DNA of 64,000 nucleotides from the NCBI GenBank assembly GCA_963666275.2, contig CAXXOA010000001.1, positions 1,536,001-1,600,000 on the forward strand, in the 5' to 3' direction. The notes under the pieces are model-generated. The model was not told where the DNA came from, did not search any database, and worked only from the letters and a program-made list of their open reading frames with translations. Position 1 is the stretch's first letter. Each line of letters starts with the position of its first letter. Positions 1 through 9,380 of the stretch are shown one piece after another. The DNA comes from Oceanispirochaeta sp. (lineage in GTDB: Bacteria; Spirochaetota; Spirochaetia; DSM-2461). Both the position numbers and the translations under genes were made by a program.

Positions 1-70
1 ATATCAGGATCACAGCAGAAGCAGGTATGATTTTTTAAGGGGTTCTGCGATCGGATCGCATCTCTTCACA

Positions 71-1273
71 TCAGGGATTATCCAGGAACTCTTCCAGAGA
101 GGCTATTAGACGGGATGTGTATTGATTTATATCGGTAATCTCTGTTTTTTTCAGGCGGAATCCGATCGCCCCGGGATGGCCTCCCCCGTTTTCAATGCCC
201 AGTCTTGTAAGTACAGATCTCAGATCAAGACTTCTATAGCTGTGACTTCTGCGGAGGCGGAACTGAATCAGGTCGGAATCACAGGGACTGTCGTAGTAGA
301 TCATCATACCCAGTGTCCCGCTCTCTTCGGCCAGCTTATCCACACTGTAACGGGCTACGGTGACGACCGTTTCATGATCGTATCTTTTTCTCATCTGCAG
401 CATGGTTTCCTGGTTCAGCAGGATTAGAGCTATCCTGTCAGAGAGTTTTACCCGGTTTTCCATCATCTTGTTGAAACAGTCATCTTCATCCCGGGACAGT
501 TTCTGCAGGCTTGTGAAAACTTCCCCCATGGTGGAGAAATTTCCCGAACCCTCTCTTGTGGTTTTTTCAAGGAGTTCATTGAAAAGTGTTGAGAAGATCT
601 GATAGAACCATCTCTCTTTTCTGGTTTTCAGGAATTTCCCCATTTTGGAATCACCGATGATTCCTGTGAGGACTGCCAGTATGAAATTCCGGGAAAGGAC
701 TTCAGAGGATACCATCTCCATTAGAAGATCTTCCCTCCGGTTCAGCTTTATAGCCAGCATCCCCACCAGTTCACTAGCCGATGACGCTTCATCAACAAGG
801 CAGTAACCTTTGTCGCCATTGTAGCCGCTGTCAGCTTCCAGGTGATGATCAATTTCGATTTTGAGGATCTCTCTGTTATCAAAAAGTCTGTCCCTGCCGG
901 GAAATTCCTGTCTCATCGAAGGTTTGGGAGTATCCAGAATGCAGATGGTCTCAATCGGGCTCTCAATCTTCCTGGTATCAGACAGGATTCCTATTCTGTT
1001 GTAACGGCATATATGGAGGAGATAAAGAAAGTTTTCATTGATCTTATCCGGTATTATCAGAGAGACTGTTTTACCGAATTTGGCGATTAAAATGGCAAAA
1101 GCCACCATGGAGGATATGCAGTCTTCATCAGGATTCTGATGGCCGGTTATGAGAAAGTTATCAGAGGCAACAATTCTTTCAAGTATACGGGAGATGACCT
1201 GATTCCTCTTTTTTATGCTTTCGAATTTTACTTTTCCCAATTCCGTCTCAATTCCTAATTGTGTTTTTTCCAC
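71..1273 (-). CDS. DHH/DHHA1 family phosphoesterase (NrnA/Pde2-like)
   Basis: Motifs GHQNPDED, ILDT, EIDHH, GIIGDS and C-terminal GGGHPGAIG; GTG start overlaps the end of the upstream NlpC gene. Confidence 0.85.
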   Translation of the reverse strand: MEKTQLGIETELGKVKFESIKKRNQVISRILERIVASDNFLITGHQNPDEDCISSMVAFAILIAKFGKTVSLIIPDKINENFLYLLHICRYNRIGILSDTRKIESPIETICILDTPKPSMRQEFPGRDRLFDNREILKIEIDHHLEADSGYNGDKGYCLVDEASSASELVGMLAIKLNRREDLLMEMVSSEVLSRNFILAVLTGIIGDSKMGKFLKTRKERWFYQIFSTLFNELLEKTTREGSGNFSTMGEVFTSLQKLSRDEDDCFNKMMENRVKLSDRIALILLNQETMLQMRKRYDHETVVTVARYSVDKLAEESGTLGMMIYYDSPCDSDLIQFRLRRSHSYRSLDLRSVLTRLGIENGGGHPGAIGFRLKKTEITDINQYTSRLIASLEEFLDNP

Positions 1274-2061
1274 TCCTCAAAGGAGTCTTTTTCCTGCTGC
1301 AGCCAGAGCTGAAAATCTCCTTCAACCACTCCATCAAACCTGTCCCAGGGGCTATCCTCTTTCTGCAGGTAGTTCTCCTCCTGCGATCCTGTGCCTGTAA
1401 AACGGCCGTCAAGGAAAGTGCCCGTCTGTTTCTGTCCGTTTGCCCGGGTATAGGTACCGGAACCGTGAAATGTGCCTTCTGAGAACATTCCCTCATATCT
1501 GTCTCCGTTTTCCATTTCTAGCACGCCGAAGCCTTCAGGTTCTCCGTTGCGGATCTCTCCGGTGTAGTTTCCTTTGGCAAAGCGGATGGAAACTTCTCCT
1601 GAGGATTCAGATGTTTCAGGAAGGACCCGGGCTGCACTGAAGTAGCGGCTCTTCCAGTAACCTGCCGTAAGGCTTGTGACAGTGACTCCCCGGTCCGGGC
1701 CGTTGGATATGGCGTGAAGAATGGAGTTCTGACCGATATAGACAGCTACATGGGTAATAGTCCGGGATGAGGAACCGGTGGCAAAAAAGATAAGATCTCC
1801 CGGTTTGACAGCATCACGGTTCACAGGAGTTCCGAATGAGGCTATCTGTCTGGATATGCGGGGAATATCCGGAACGAATGGTTTGTATAGAAAATTTATA
1901 AATCCGCTGCAGTCAAATCCGCCGGGAGAGACTCCCCCCAGTTTGTAGGGAGTTCCGATCAGGGACTCGCCTTTCTGTATTATATCTTTCTGAATATCCA
2001 GAGAATACAGGAAAAGATTCATGAGAAGGAGAGGGAATACCAGAAATTTGCTCATGGTCAT
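1255..2061 (-). CDS. NlpC/P60 (C40) cell-wall peptidase with C-terminal MORN-like repeats
   Basis: N-terminal hydrophobic signal; GTPYKLGG..GFDCSGF (catalytic Cys), PGDLIFF, THVAVY; YTGEIRNGEPEGFG / YEGMFSEGTFHGSG MORN-type repeats. Confidence 0.9.
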   Translation of the reverse strand: MTMSKFLVFPLLLMNLFLYSLDIQKDIIQKGESLIGTPYKLGGVSPGGFDCSGFINFLYKPFVPDIPRISRQIASFGTPVNRDAVKPGDLIFFATGSSSRTITHVAVYIGQNSILHAISNGPDRGVTVTSLTAGYWKSRYFSAARVLPETSESSGEVSIRFAKGNYTGEIRNGEPEGFGVLEMENGDRYEGMFSEGTFHGSGTYTRANGQKQTGTFLDGRFTGTGSQEENYLQKEDSPWDRFDGVVEGDFQLWLQQEKDSFEEWKKHN

Positions 2062-2171
2062 AAATTAATTATAGATCAACAGCTGTTTATATAAAATAGT
2101 CTTACCTTAAATTAGCCTATTTTTCCTTCTTTGGAGTGAAAATAATGACAGAAAGAGAGATCGGAAAAAGT

Positions 2172-2200
2172 TTGACAGATGGGAGTTATTTATATATATT
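2172..2200 (+). promoter_or_regulatory. sigma70-type promoter for the thioredoxin gene
   Basis: TTGACA (2172-2177), 17 nt, TATATT (2195-2200); AAGGAG RBS follows. Confidence 0.65.
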
Positions 2201-2227
2201 AAGTTAATTCTATATAAGGAGAATGTA

Positions 2228-2623
2228 ATGAATCTTATATCCATGGTTGCTCTGGTTGTATTTCTCTTCTTCGGTCTTCAGTATTTTATGGTATTGAGAA
2301 CAAAATTCAAAAAAGGGAAAGCCGCTCCTCAGCTGGGAGGAAAATTTACCGAGGCATTGAAAGGAAAGGGAACATCGCTTTTCTATTTCTACAGCCCTTC
2401 CTGCGGTGCCTGCCGCACCATGACCCCTGTGGTCTCCCGGTATACCAAAAACAGTTCAAGGTGCTTCAAAATAGATGTTTCAAAAGATATGGAAACAGCA
2501 AGAGCCTTCGGTGTTATGGGTACTCCCTCTACCGTGCTTATTGAGGGAGGAATTATCAAGGATTTCATCGTAGGGGCAAGACCCGAATCGGACCTTGTCA
2601 GCATGCTTGAGCAGACAAAATAG
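2228..2623 (+). CDS. Membrane-anchored thioredoxin-family protein
   Basis: N-terminal TM helix; FYSPSCGAC CxxC motif; GVMGTPST cis-Pro loop. Confidence 0.85.
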   Translation: MNLISMVALVVFLFFGLQYFMVLRTKFKKGKAAPQLGGKFTEALKGKGTSLFYFYSPSCGACRTMTPVVSRYTKNSSRCFKIDVSKDMETARAFGVMGTPSTVLIEGGIIKDFIVGARPESDLVSMLEQTK

Positions 2624-2734
2624 TAAATAACGCTGAAATACCCTGATACCGACCCGTTAACAAATGTTTTTCCTTGCAGGAAAAGAGAACAAAGGTTAGC
2701 ATTAATATGTTCTGTATACAGGGAGGAAAGCGGC

Positions 2735-3070
2735 GTGAAAAAATTCTTCTTTTTCTTTTTTCTCTTCATTAATATTGTCAATTTTCTTTTGATCAGTCTT
2801 GATGAAAGCTTTTCACAGGGGACTCCGTCCATCAGAATCTCAAACAGGATTCTGGCTGTCAGTTCCTTCGGAGCAGCGCCTGCTGGTCTCATTGCAATAA
2901 ATAAAATGAAAATTTCCGCTTCCCGGAATCAGACTGCCGTCTGCCTGGATCAGACATTGAAAATTCTTCTGGTTCAGAATATTCTAATGTACCTTTTAAT
3001 TTTTTCACGACCTGCTGTCAGCAGAAAAAAGGAACATAGGAAAGTCAGTTATAATAACGGGCGATTCTAG
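2735..3070 (+). CDS. Small membrane protein, weakly DUF1294-like
   Basis: GGAGG RBS, GTG start, 2-3 hydrophobic segments; N..F.L..D...RIS pattern loosely resembles DUF1294. Confidence 0.45.
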   Translation: MKKFFFFFFLFINIVNFLLISLDESFSQGTPSIRISNRILAVSSFGAAPAGLIAINKMKISASRNQTAVCLDQTLKILLVQNILMYLLIFSRPAVSRKKEHRKVSYNNGRF

Positions 3071-3085
3071 AAGACGGGGAGCTCC

Positions 3086-3790
3086 TTGGCGGATATATAT
3101 TATCTATCAGAAGAGGATATCAACCAGAGTGGAGTGGTGGAATACATACAGACAGGCAATTCTTCTCATTTTTACTGGTCTGATAACTGGTCACCCGGTT
3201 TCTACAGCCGCCTTGCCTACGAGGGGCTGATTTCAACAAGCTATCGTACCGATGACGGAACTGTTGTCCTTCTTCCGGAGATGCAGAGAGAGTACGCGGT
3301 TCTGGACTGGGAAAACCTTCATGTTTCCGGGCACGTCAGAAAGCTCATGGCAAATCCCGGCAATTATACATTAAAAATAAACCATGATCTGTCTCGTCTC
3401 CTCCGGTGTATTCATCAGTATCATCGTGACAGCTGGCTGGAAGAGCCGTATATCAGACTTCTGGAGACCCTCTATTTGGAAAAAGAGAAATCCTGCTGCC
3501 GGATTATTTCCGCAGAGTTATATGATCAGCAGAATCAGCTGGCAGCAGGGGAGGTGGGCTACAGGATCGGCAATATCTACACCAGTCTGAGCGGGTTTGT
3601 GAAACGGGAAAAACCCTATGATAACTGGGGAACCCTGCAGATGGTTCTCTTAGGCCGCTATCTGGAATCGGAAGGCTATAGCTTCTGGAATCTGGGTCAC
3701 CCCTATATGGAGTATAAAATACGTCTGGGCGGGAAGATCCTCAGCCGGAAGGATTTTCTTGAAAAATGGAAAAGGGAGAGGGACGGTTAA
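3086..3790 (+). CDS. Leu/Phe-tRNA-protein transferase-like (GNAT-fold) protein
   Basis: SAELYD..LAAGEVGYRIGNIYTSLSGF and YKIRLGG resemble the Aat C-terminal fold (E.W...LVGG.YG...G.SMF / HL..LGA); divergent. Confidence 0.6.
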   Translation: MADIYYLSEEDINQSGVVEYIQTGNSSHFYWSDNWSPGFYSRLAYEGLISTSYRTDDGTVVLLPEMQREYAVLDWENLHVSGHVRKLMANPGNYTLKINHDLSRLLRCIHQYHRDSWLEEPYIRLLETLYLEKEKSCCRIISAELYDQQNQLAAGEVGYRIGNIYTSLSGFVKREKPYDNWGTLQMVLLGRYLESEGYSFWNLGHPYMEYKIRLGGKILSRKDFLEKWKRERDG

Positions 3791-3851
3791 AAGTCTGTTC
3801 CCCCTGATAGTTCCTGTGTGATACCGGTCAGGAGAAACAGATTCAAACGGT

Positions 3852-4436
3852 TTAGCGGGTAGTGGCTGTCCCCGGTGCCTGGGGCTGTCCCACAGCATTG
3901 CCCGAGGGGCTCAGCTGACGGTTACTGTTGGGGTTAACCTGGTTGGGAGCCACCTGATTCGGTCTGTTGTTGGGAGCCATCTGATTCGGAGCAGCCTGGT
4001 TGGGAGCCACCTGATTGGGTCTCACCTGATTCCTGTTCTGATTCTGTATCATATTCACATAATAGTTATCCAGGTTCTGCAGGAGCTGTTCAAACTGCTG
4101 GCGCATCTGCCAGTTGTTCTGGTTGGGGTTGCCAAGCTGACCTGAACGGGGAGCTGCATATCCCTGGGGATTTCCTAACTGTCCCTGTCCGGGAGCATTG
4201 TTGTATCCCTGAGGATTATTGCCGTTGTAGTTATTGTAATTCTGAGGATTCAAATTGCCGGGATTTTGAGCCCTGTAGTAATAACCGCCCCGGGAATCAT
4301 TGTATCCCACACCGTATCCATTACGGAAACCTCTGTCGTAGGCATCCCGTATATCCTGTTCTGTATAATACTGCTGGGCAAATACCGATCCACCCGCCAG
4401 AAGGCAGAGAACTGTCAGTAGGATTGTATTTCTCAT
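3852..4436 (-). CDS. Secreted N/Q/G/Y/P-rich low-complexity protein
   Basis: AAGGAG RBS; signal peptide ending in VFA; mature part dominated by N, Q, G, P and Y. Confidence 0.8.
   Translation of the reverse strand: MRNTILLTVLCLLAGGSVFAQQYYTEQDIRDAYDRGFRNGYGVGYNDSRGGYYYRAQNPGNLNPQNYNNYNGNNPQGYNNAPGQGQLGNPQGYAAPRSGQLGNPNQNNWQMRQQFEQLLQNLDNYYVNMIQNQNRNQVRPNQVAPNQAAPNQMAPNNRPNQVAPNQVNPNSNRQLSPSGNAVGQPQAPGTATTR
3927..4031 (-). repeat. Coding pentapeptide repeats (PNQxx, ~15-nt units)
   Basis: NQVR-PNQVA-PNQAA-PNQMA-PNNR-PNQVA-PNQVN-PN; DNA unit TTGGGAGCCA recurs on the + strand. Confidence 0.8.
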
Positions 4437-4535
4437 TCTCGGAAAATCTCCTTTATCTAATATATTTTAAAGTATGAAACATCTCTGTGGAAAAGAGAAG
4501 TCCCCGGAAAAAAATGGCTTATTCTTTCGCTCTTT

Positions 4536-5963
4536 TTAATCTGCCAGTTTCAGAGTGTTATAGGCTTCAAGCGCCTCTTTCCGGGATGTACCGATATCAA
4601 CTAAAGGATAGGGGTAGTCTTTACCCAGGTGGATCCCCGCTTCCCTGAGGATCTCTTCCGGTGCCTCCCAGGGCCTGAAAAGGTATTTGTCCGGCAGATC
4701 GGCAAGCTCGGGCAGGAAGTTCCTTGTATATGTCCCCTTCCGATCGAATTTTTCACCCTGGGTGACAGGATTGAATATCCGGAAGTAGGGGGCGGCATCC
4801 GTACCGGAACCGGCGACCCACTGCCAGCTGGCACTGTTTGACGCCAGGTCCGCATCTACAAGACAGTCCCAGAACCATTTTTCACCTTCCCTCCAGTGGA
4901 TTCTGAGATTTTTCACAAGAAAGGAAGCGGTTATCATCCGAACTCGGTTGTGCATCTGCCCTGTCTGCCAGAGCTCTCTCATTCCCGCATCCACCAGGGG
5001 GATTCCAGTCTTTCCCTGCTGCCAGGCTTTCAGATGCAGCTCATTGTCTAGCCAGGGGAAGTAATCAAATTTCGGTTTGAGATTCCTCTCGGGTATGGAA
5101 GGGAAATGGAAAAGCTGATAGTAGGAAAACTCGCGCCAGACCATCTCTTTTTTGAAGGTCAGACTATTCTGATCACTCCCCTTCGCATACAGTGCATTCC
5201 ACAGCTGTCCCGGCGAAATCTGACCGAAATGAAGATAGGGCGATAGCCGTGAGGTGCTGTTTCTTCCGGGGAAGTCCCTGCCTGTATCATAATCTGCCAG
5301 ACCCTGCTCAAGAAAATCTTCCAGATGTTTCCATGGATCCCTTTTACCGGGATTCCAGTATTTTTTCATTTCATCATCCCATGGGATTCGCGGGAGAAGG
5401 CTGAGTTCCGTCAGCTCTAAAGAACCTTGTATCCTTCCGGTATAGAAATCGAGTCTCTCAGGTTCCGGAAGAGTTTCGACCGGTTCTCCCAGGAGCCATG
5501 TATAGCCTTTTTTTAAAAAGGGCGTGTAGACTTTATAGGGGCTGCTGTCTTCTTTGACTGTCCTCCAGGGCTCTTTCAGAAGCGAAGCATTAAAACTGCC
5601 GGTTTCTATTCCCCGGGTTTTGAGAACTTCACTGACAGCCTTGTCCCGTCTGATCCTCCAGGGCTCGTAGCAGCGGTTCCAAAAAACTGCATCAGCACCG
5701 GTTGTTTCAATGAGAGAAATGAGAATCTTTTCCGGAGATCCCTTAAAAAAGTGAAGATGCCCGTTCAGATCCCTATCCAGTCTCTCCAGAGAATGATGAA
5801 GCCACCATCGGGAGGCGCCGCCCATCTTCCATGGGCCGGGAGAGTTGTCATCCAGAATATATACAGGCAGTATCTCTCCCCGGGAGGCTGCTTTTGAGAG
5901 TGCGGGATTATCTGAAAGCCTCAGATCCTGTCTGAGCCATACAATGGTAAGATTTTTTTTCAT
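4536..5963 (-). CDS. phrB: Deoxyribodipyrimidine photolyase (class I CPD / cryptochrome family)
   Basis: WLRQDLRLSDNPAL, SRLSPYLHFG, MHNRVRM, LVDADLASN, APYFRIFNP; start moved to the ATG at 5963. Confidence 0.93.
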   Translation of the reverse strand: MKKNLTIVWLRQDLRLSDNPALSKAASRGEILPVYILDDNSPGPWKMGGASRWWLHHSLERLDRDLNGHLHFFKGSPEKILISLIETTGADAVFWNRCYEPWRIRRDKAVSEVLKTRGIETGSFNASLLKEPWRTVKEDSSPYKVYTPFLKKGYTWLLGEPVETLPEPERLDFYTGRIQGSLELTELSLLPRIPWDDEMKKYWNPGKRDPWKHLEDFLEQGLADYDTGRDFPGRNSTSRLSPYLHFGQISPGQLWNALYAKGSDQNSLTFKKEMVWREFSYYQLFHFPSIPERNLKPKFDYFPWLDNELHLKAWQQGKTGIPLVDAGMRELWQTGQMHNRVRMITASFLVKNLRIHWREGEKWFWDCLVDADLASNSASWQWVAGSGTDAAPYFRIFNPVTQGEKFDRKGTYTRNFLPELADLPDKYLFRPWEAPEEILREAGIHLGKDYPYPLVDIGTSRKEALEAYNTLKLAD

Positions 5964-6102
5964 ATTGAGTTGAAATATAAACAATATGAAGAAACAGATC
6001 CAATAAATTATACTTTCCTATAGGTCTTTGATCCCGGAGGATTCTGATTCCATTCTGAAGAAGTATCCAAAATTATTTAAATGAGGAAAGGGTACAAATA
6101 AT

Positions 6103-8757
6103 TTGCAGAATATTGTTATATCCCTGAAGTTTAAACTGCTCATCTGGGTATTGCCGATCCTGCTGGCGGGGATGTCGCTTATGGGATTCGTTGCCTTCAG
6201 TTATATGATTACAGTGATTGAGAATGAGCTCACAAGCAGTAAGTTGCAGGTAATGGCCGGCACCGCCGAATCTATAGACCGCTGGTTCAGAACCCTGATG
6301 CTCGAACCCGAGACGATTGCTTCCACTCCGGCAGCCAAGAATATTAATGTCAGTTTTGAAGATTTTGATATTCAGAATATCAACAGGCATATGATACTCC
6401 ATGAAAAGTATCCGGACATATTTGAGGATATCTACGGTTCCAACCGCGAAGGGGTCTATCATACGGTCATAAGAAAAGAAGGGGAAATCCAGATATTTGA
6501 AGGGGATATTGCCAACCGGCCCTATTTTATTTCCATCATGAACGGAGGGCCGACCCAGATAACACCTCCTCTGATATCCAGAACCACAGGAATTCCCACA
6601 GTGTTTATTGTCGCTCCCATTACGGATAAAAATAAAACTCCTCAGGGTCTTGTGGGAACAGGCATTGCTCTGAACTATATCCAGCAGTTTGTAAATGAGA
6701 TGGAATCTGAACAGGGTGGTTTCGGATTTATTTATACCCCCCAGGGGGATCTTGTCGCCCATTCATCCATCAATGAGGTTATTGAGAAGAAAGTGCATCT
6801 GATTGACCTTTTTCCGGATACGCTACTGGTTCAGGATTTGCTTTCAAACCGGGATCGGGTATTCCGACATACCTATGATAATGAAGATTTTTTCATCTTT
6901 CTGAATCCTATCCCAGTCACCGGTTGGAGTCTGGCATCGGTTGTTTTTGCCTCTGAACTCTTTGCCCCGGCACATCAGATGATAAGAATCCTGGTCATCA
7001 TAGCTGTCATAACCATAGTCATAACCGCGGGGGCAGTCTATTATGCAATGGAAAAACTGATCCGTCCTCTGAAGAGCTTTGTTGCCATGACTGGTGAGAT
7101 CGCTTCAGGGAACTACTCCTCCGGAGATATCCCTATCATTTCCAAAGATGAGATTGGCGTTCTGGCCAACTCGTTCAACAGAATGAAAAACAATCTTCAG
7201 AACTCAATGGAACAGCTGCAGAAGAGCGAGGACAATTATCGGGGAATTTTTGAAAATTCCATGGAGGGAATTGTCCTGACAACTATCTCCGGCCAGGTGA
7301 TTACTGCCAATCCTGCGGTGGTTGAGATGCTCCATTGCTCTTCTCTGGAGGTTCTGATCAATTCCTACAGGGATATCCAGAATCAGATTTACAATAATCC
7401 TCATGACAGAGAGCGTATCATCCATTGTCTTTACAGGGATGGGAGCATTAAAAATGAAGAGCTGCAGTTCCGCTGCTGTGACGGTGAACTGATCTGGGTC
7501 TCTCTCAGCTCTTATCTTGTCCGGGATCCCTCAGGAGAGCCTCTCCGGATTGAATCCCTTTTATCGGATATTACAAAACGAAAAGAGATAGAAACAGAAA
7601 AGGAAAAGCTGTTTCAGGAGCTGGTTCAGTCCCAGAAACTGGAAGCTGTAGGGCAGCTTGCAGGAGGTGTGGCGCATGATTTCAATAATATGCTGGCGGC
7701 CATACTGGGAAGGACTGAACTTGCCCTGATGAAAATGGAGAAGTCAGATCCCTATTATGATGTTTTCTCTGAAATTTACGATGCGGCCCAGCACTCGGCA
7801 AATCTGACAAAGCAGCTGCTTGCATTTGCCAGAAAGCAGTCAGTTTCCCCTGAGAGCATTGTTATCAATACAGTTATTAAAAGTATGCTCACTCTTTTGC
7901 GACGGTTGATCACAGAAAATGTGGAACTGGTCTTTCATCCCCGGGATGACCTCTGGCAGGTGTTTATGGATCCTGATCAGATCGGCCAGATCCTGACCAA
8001 TCTTTGCGTGAATGCCAGAGATTCCATTGAAGGTTCCGGCAGGATAAGCATTACAACCGAGAATCTAAGTATCCAGGAAACAGTTGCAGAGCTTGAGGAG
8101 GGTATCCTTCCGGGAGACTATGTCTGTCTTTCTGTTGAAGATACCGGAAAAGGCATGGATGAAGAGACTCTGCCTCATATTTTCGAACCATTTTTTACCA
8201 CAAAAGAGCAGGGGAAAGGGACGGGACTGGGGCTTTCCACAATTTACGGTATAGTCAAACAGAATCATTCCCATATCAATGTATACAGTGAACCCGGCAG
8301 GGGCAGTATTTTCAGAATCTATATTCCCCGCTACAAGTCACAGGCTGAGGCTGCTGTAACCGCTACGTCAGAAAGGATTCAGAGGGTGAACGGGACTGTT
8401 CTGCTTGTGGAGGATGATAACCGTTTGCTGGGGATTACTAAAGTTATTCTGAAGAGTATAGGAGCCCGGGTTTTTGCCGCCGCCACTGCTGAGGAGGCTC
8501 TTGGAATTGCTCGTGACAGGGAAAATCAGATAGACCTGCTGTTGACCGATGTGATTATGCCTGACATGAACGGGTATGAGCTGTATACAGAAATATCCCG
8601 TTTAAGACCGGGAATAAAAAGTCTGTTTATGTCGGGATACAGTGCGGATATACTGGCACCCCAGGACATTATGGAAAAGGGGATCCATTTTATTCAGAAA
8701 CCTTTTTCAGTGAATGGGATGGCATATAAAATCAATGAAGTGCTGGGAAGGGATTAA
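6103..8757 (+). CDS. Hybrid sensor histidine kinase (Cache-HAMP-PAS-HisKA-HATPase-REC)
   Basis: Two TM helices around a Cache-like domain; DEIGVLA HAMP; PAS/PAC; AHDFNNML H-box; NLCVNARD, DTGKG, FEPFFTTK, GTGLGL; REC with LLTDVIMP. Confidence 0.92.
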   Translation: MQNIVISLKFKLLIWVLPILLAGMSLMGFVAFSYMITVIENELTSSKLQVMAGTAESIDRWFRTLMLEPETIASTPAAKNINVSFEDFDIQNINRHMILHEKYPDIFEDIYGSNREGVYHTVIRKEGEIQIFEGDIANRPYFISIMNGGPTQITPPLISRTTGIPTVFIVAPITDKNKTPQGLVGTGIALNYIQQFVNEMESEQGGFGFIYTPQGDLVAHSSINEVIEKKVHLIDLFPDTLLVQDLLSNRDRVFRHTYDNEDFFIFLNPIPVTGWSLASVVFASELFAPAHQMIRILVIIAVITIVITAGAVYYAMEKLIRPLKSFVAMTGEIASGNYSSGDIPIISKDEIGVLANSFNRMKNNLQNSMEQLQKSEDNYRGIFENSMEGIVLTTISGQVITANPAVVEMLHCSSLEVLINSYRDIQNQIYNNPHDRERIIHCLYRDGSIKNEELQFRCCDGELIWVSLSSYLVRDPSGEPLRIESLLSDITKRKEIETEKEKLFQELVQSQKLEAVGQLAGGVAHDFNNMLAAILGRTELALMKMEKSDPYYDVFSEIYDAAQHSANLTKQLLAFARKQSVSPESIVINTVIKSMLTLLRRLITENVELVFHPRDDLWQVFMDPDQIGQILTNLCVNARDSIEGSGRISITTENLSIQETVAELEEGILPGDYVCLSVEDTGKGMDEETLPHIFEPFFTTKEQGKGTGLGLSTIYGIVKQNHSHINVYSEPGRGSIFRIYIPRYKSQAEAAVTATSERIQRVNGTVLLVEDDNRLLGITKVILKSIGARVFAAATAEEALGIARDRENQIDLLLTDVIMPDMNGYELYTEISRLRPGIKSLFMSGYSADILAPQDIMEKGIHFIQKPFSVNGMAYKINEVLGRD

Positions 8758-8760
8758 AAA

Positions 8761-9330
8761 ATGAAGCAGTCACAGATTTCTCCCCCGGGGAAAATACCTT
8801 TCATTCTAAGGCCCGCAGTGGCTGCCGCTGAAAAGATCTCAGGCAAGAGGATGGAGGCCGCCCGGATTCTCAGCTGGTCCATTCCTGCTTCTTTAGCGGC
8901 GGGAGTGCTTGAGTGGGGAATGGAGAAAGCCGCGGTCAGGATTCTGACTCCCCGGGCTGCCAAACTGATTCGCATGCAGGTTTCATTCACTGTGTCCTGT
9001 CCCTTCTGTATTGATATGAACAGCTTTCAGTATGAAAAAGCAGGGATAATCCGGGAAGAAGCCGTCGCCTTGAGCGAAGGCTCTTTCAGGGATTGTGAAA
9101 GTTTTTCTCCAGGGGAAAAGGTTATGCTCCAATGGGTTTCCGATATCTGTGCGACTCCCATTTCGGTTTCACCGGAGATCCTGGGAGAATTGATAAAACA
9201 CTATTCAGACAGGGAGATGACTGTCATGGGAGCTCTGGCTGGTAAAGTCAATTTCTGGGGGCGTCTTATGCAGGCCTATCAGATTCCTCCCGCAGGCTAC
9301 GGTGGTCTGAAGGAGTTTGATAGATTTTAA
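8761..9330 (+). CDS. AhpD/carboxymuconolactone decarboxylase family protein
   Basis: LIRMQVS..SCPFCIDMN CxxC in AhpD context; helical C-terminus ending ..NFWGR. Confidence 0.75.
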   Translation: MKQSQISPPGKIPFILRPAVAAAEKISGKRMEAARILSWSIPASLAAGVLEWGMEKAAVRILTPRAAKLIRMQVSFTVSCPFCIDMNSFQYEKAGIIREEAVALSEGSFRDCESFSPGEKVMLQWVSDICATPISVSPEILGELIKHYSDREMTVMGALAGKVNFWGRLMQAYQIPPAGYGGLKEFDRF

Positions 9331-9363
9331 AAGGCGGAAAGCTCCGGTAGATTTCCGCCCTTT
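9329..9363. terminator. Probable bidirectional intrinsic terminator
   Basis: GGCGGAAA / TTTCCGCC stem flanked by A and T runs, between convergent genes. Confidence 0.65.
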
Positions 9364-9380
9364 ATGACTCTGATTATCCT

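Noticed and set aside
1..109. Open + frame running in from the window edge and ending at 109
   Set aside because: Too short to assign; may be the 3' end of a convergent gene outside the window
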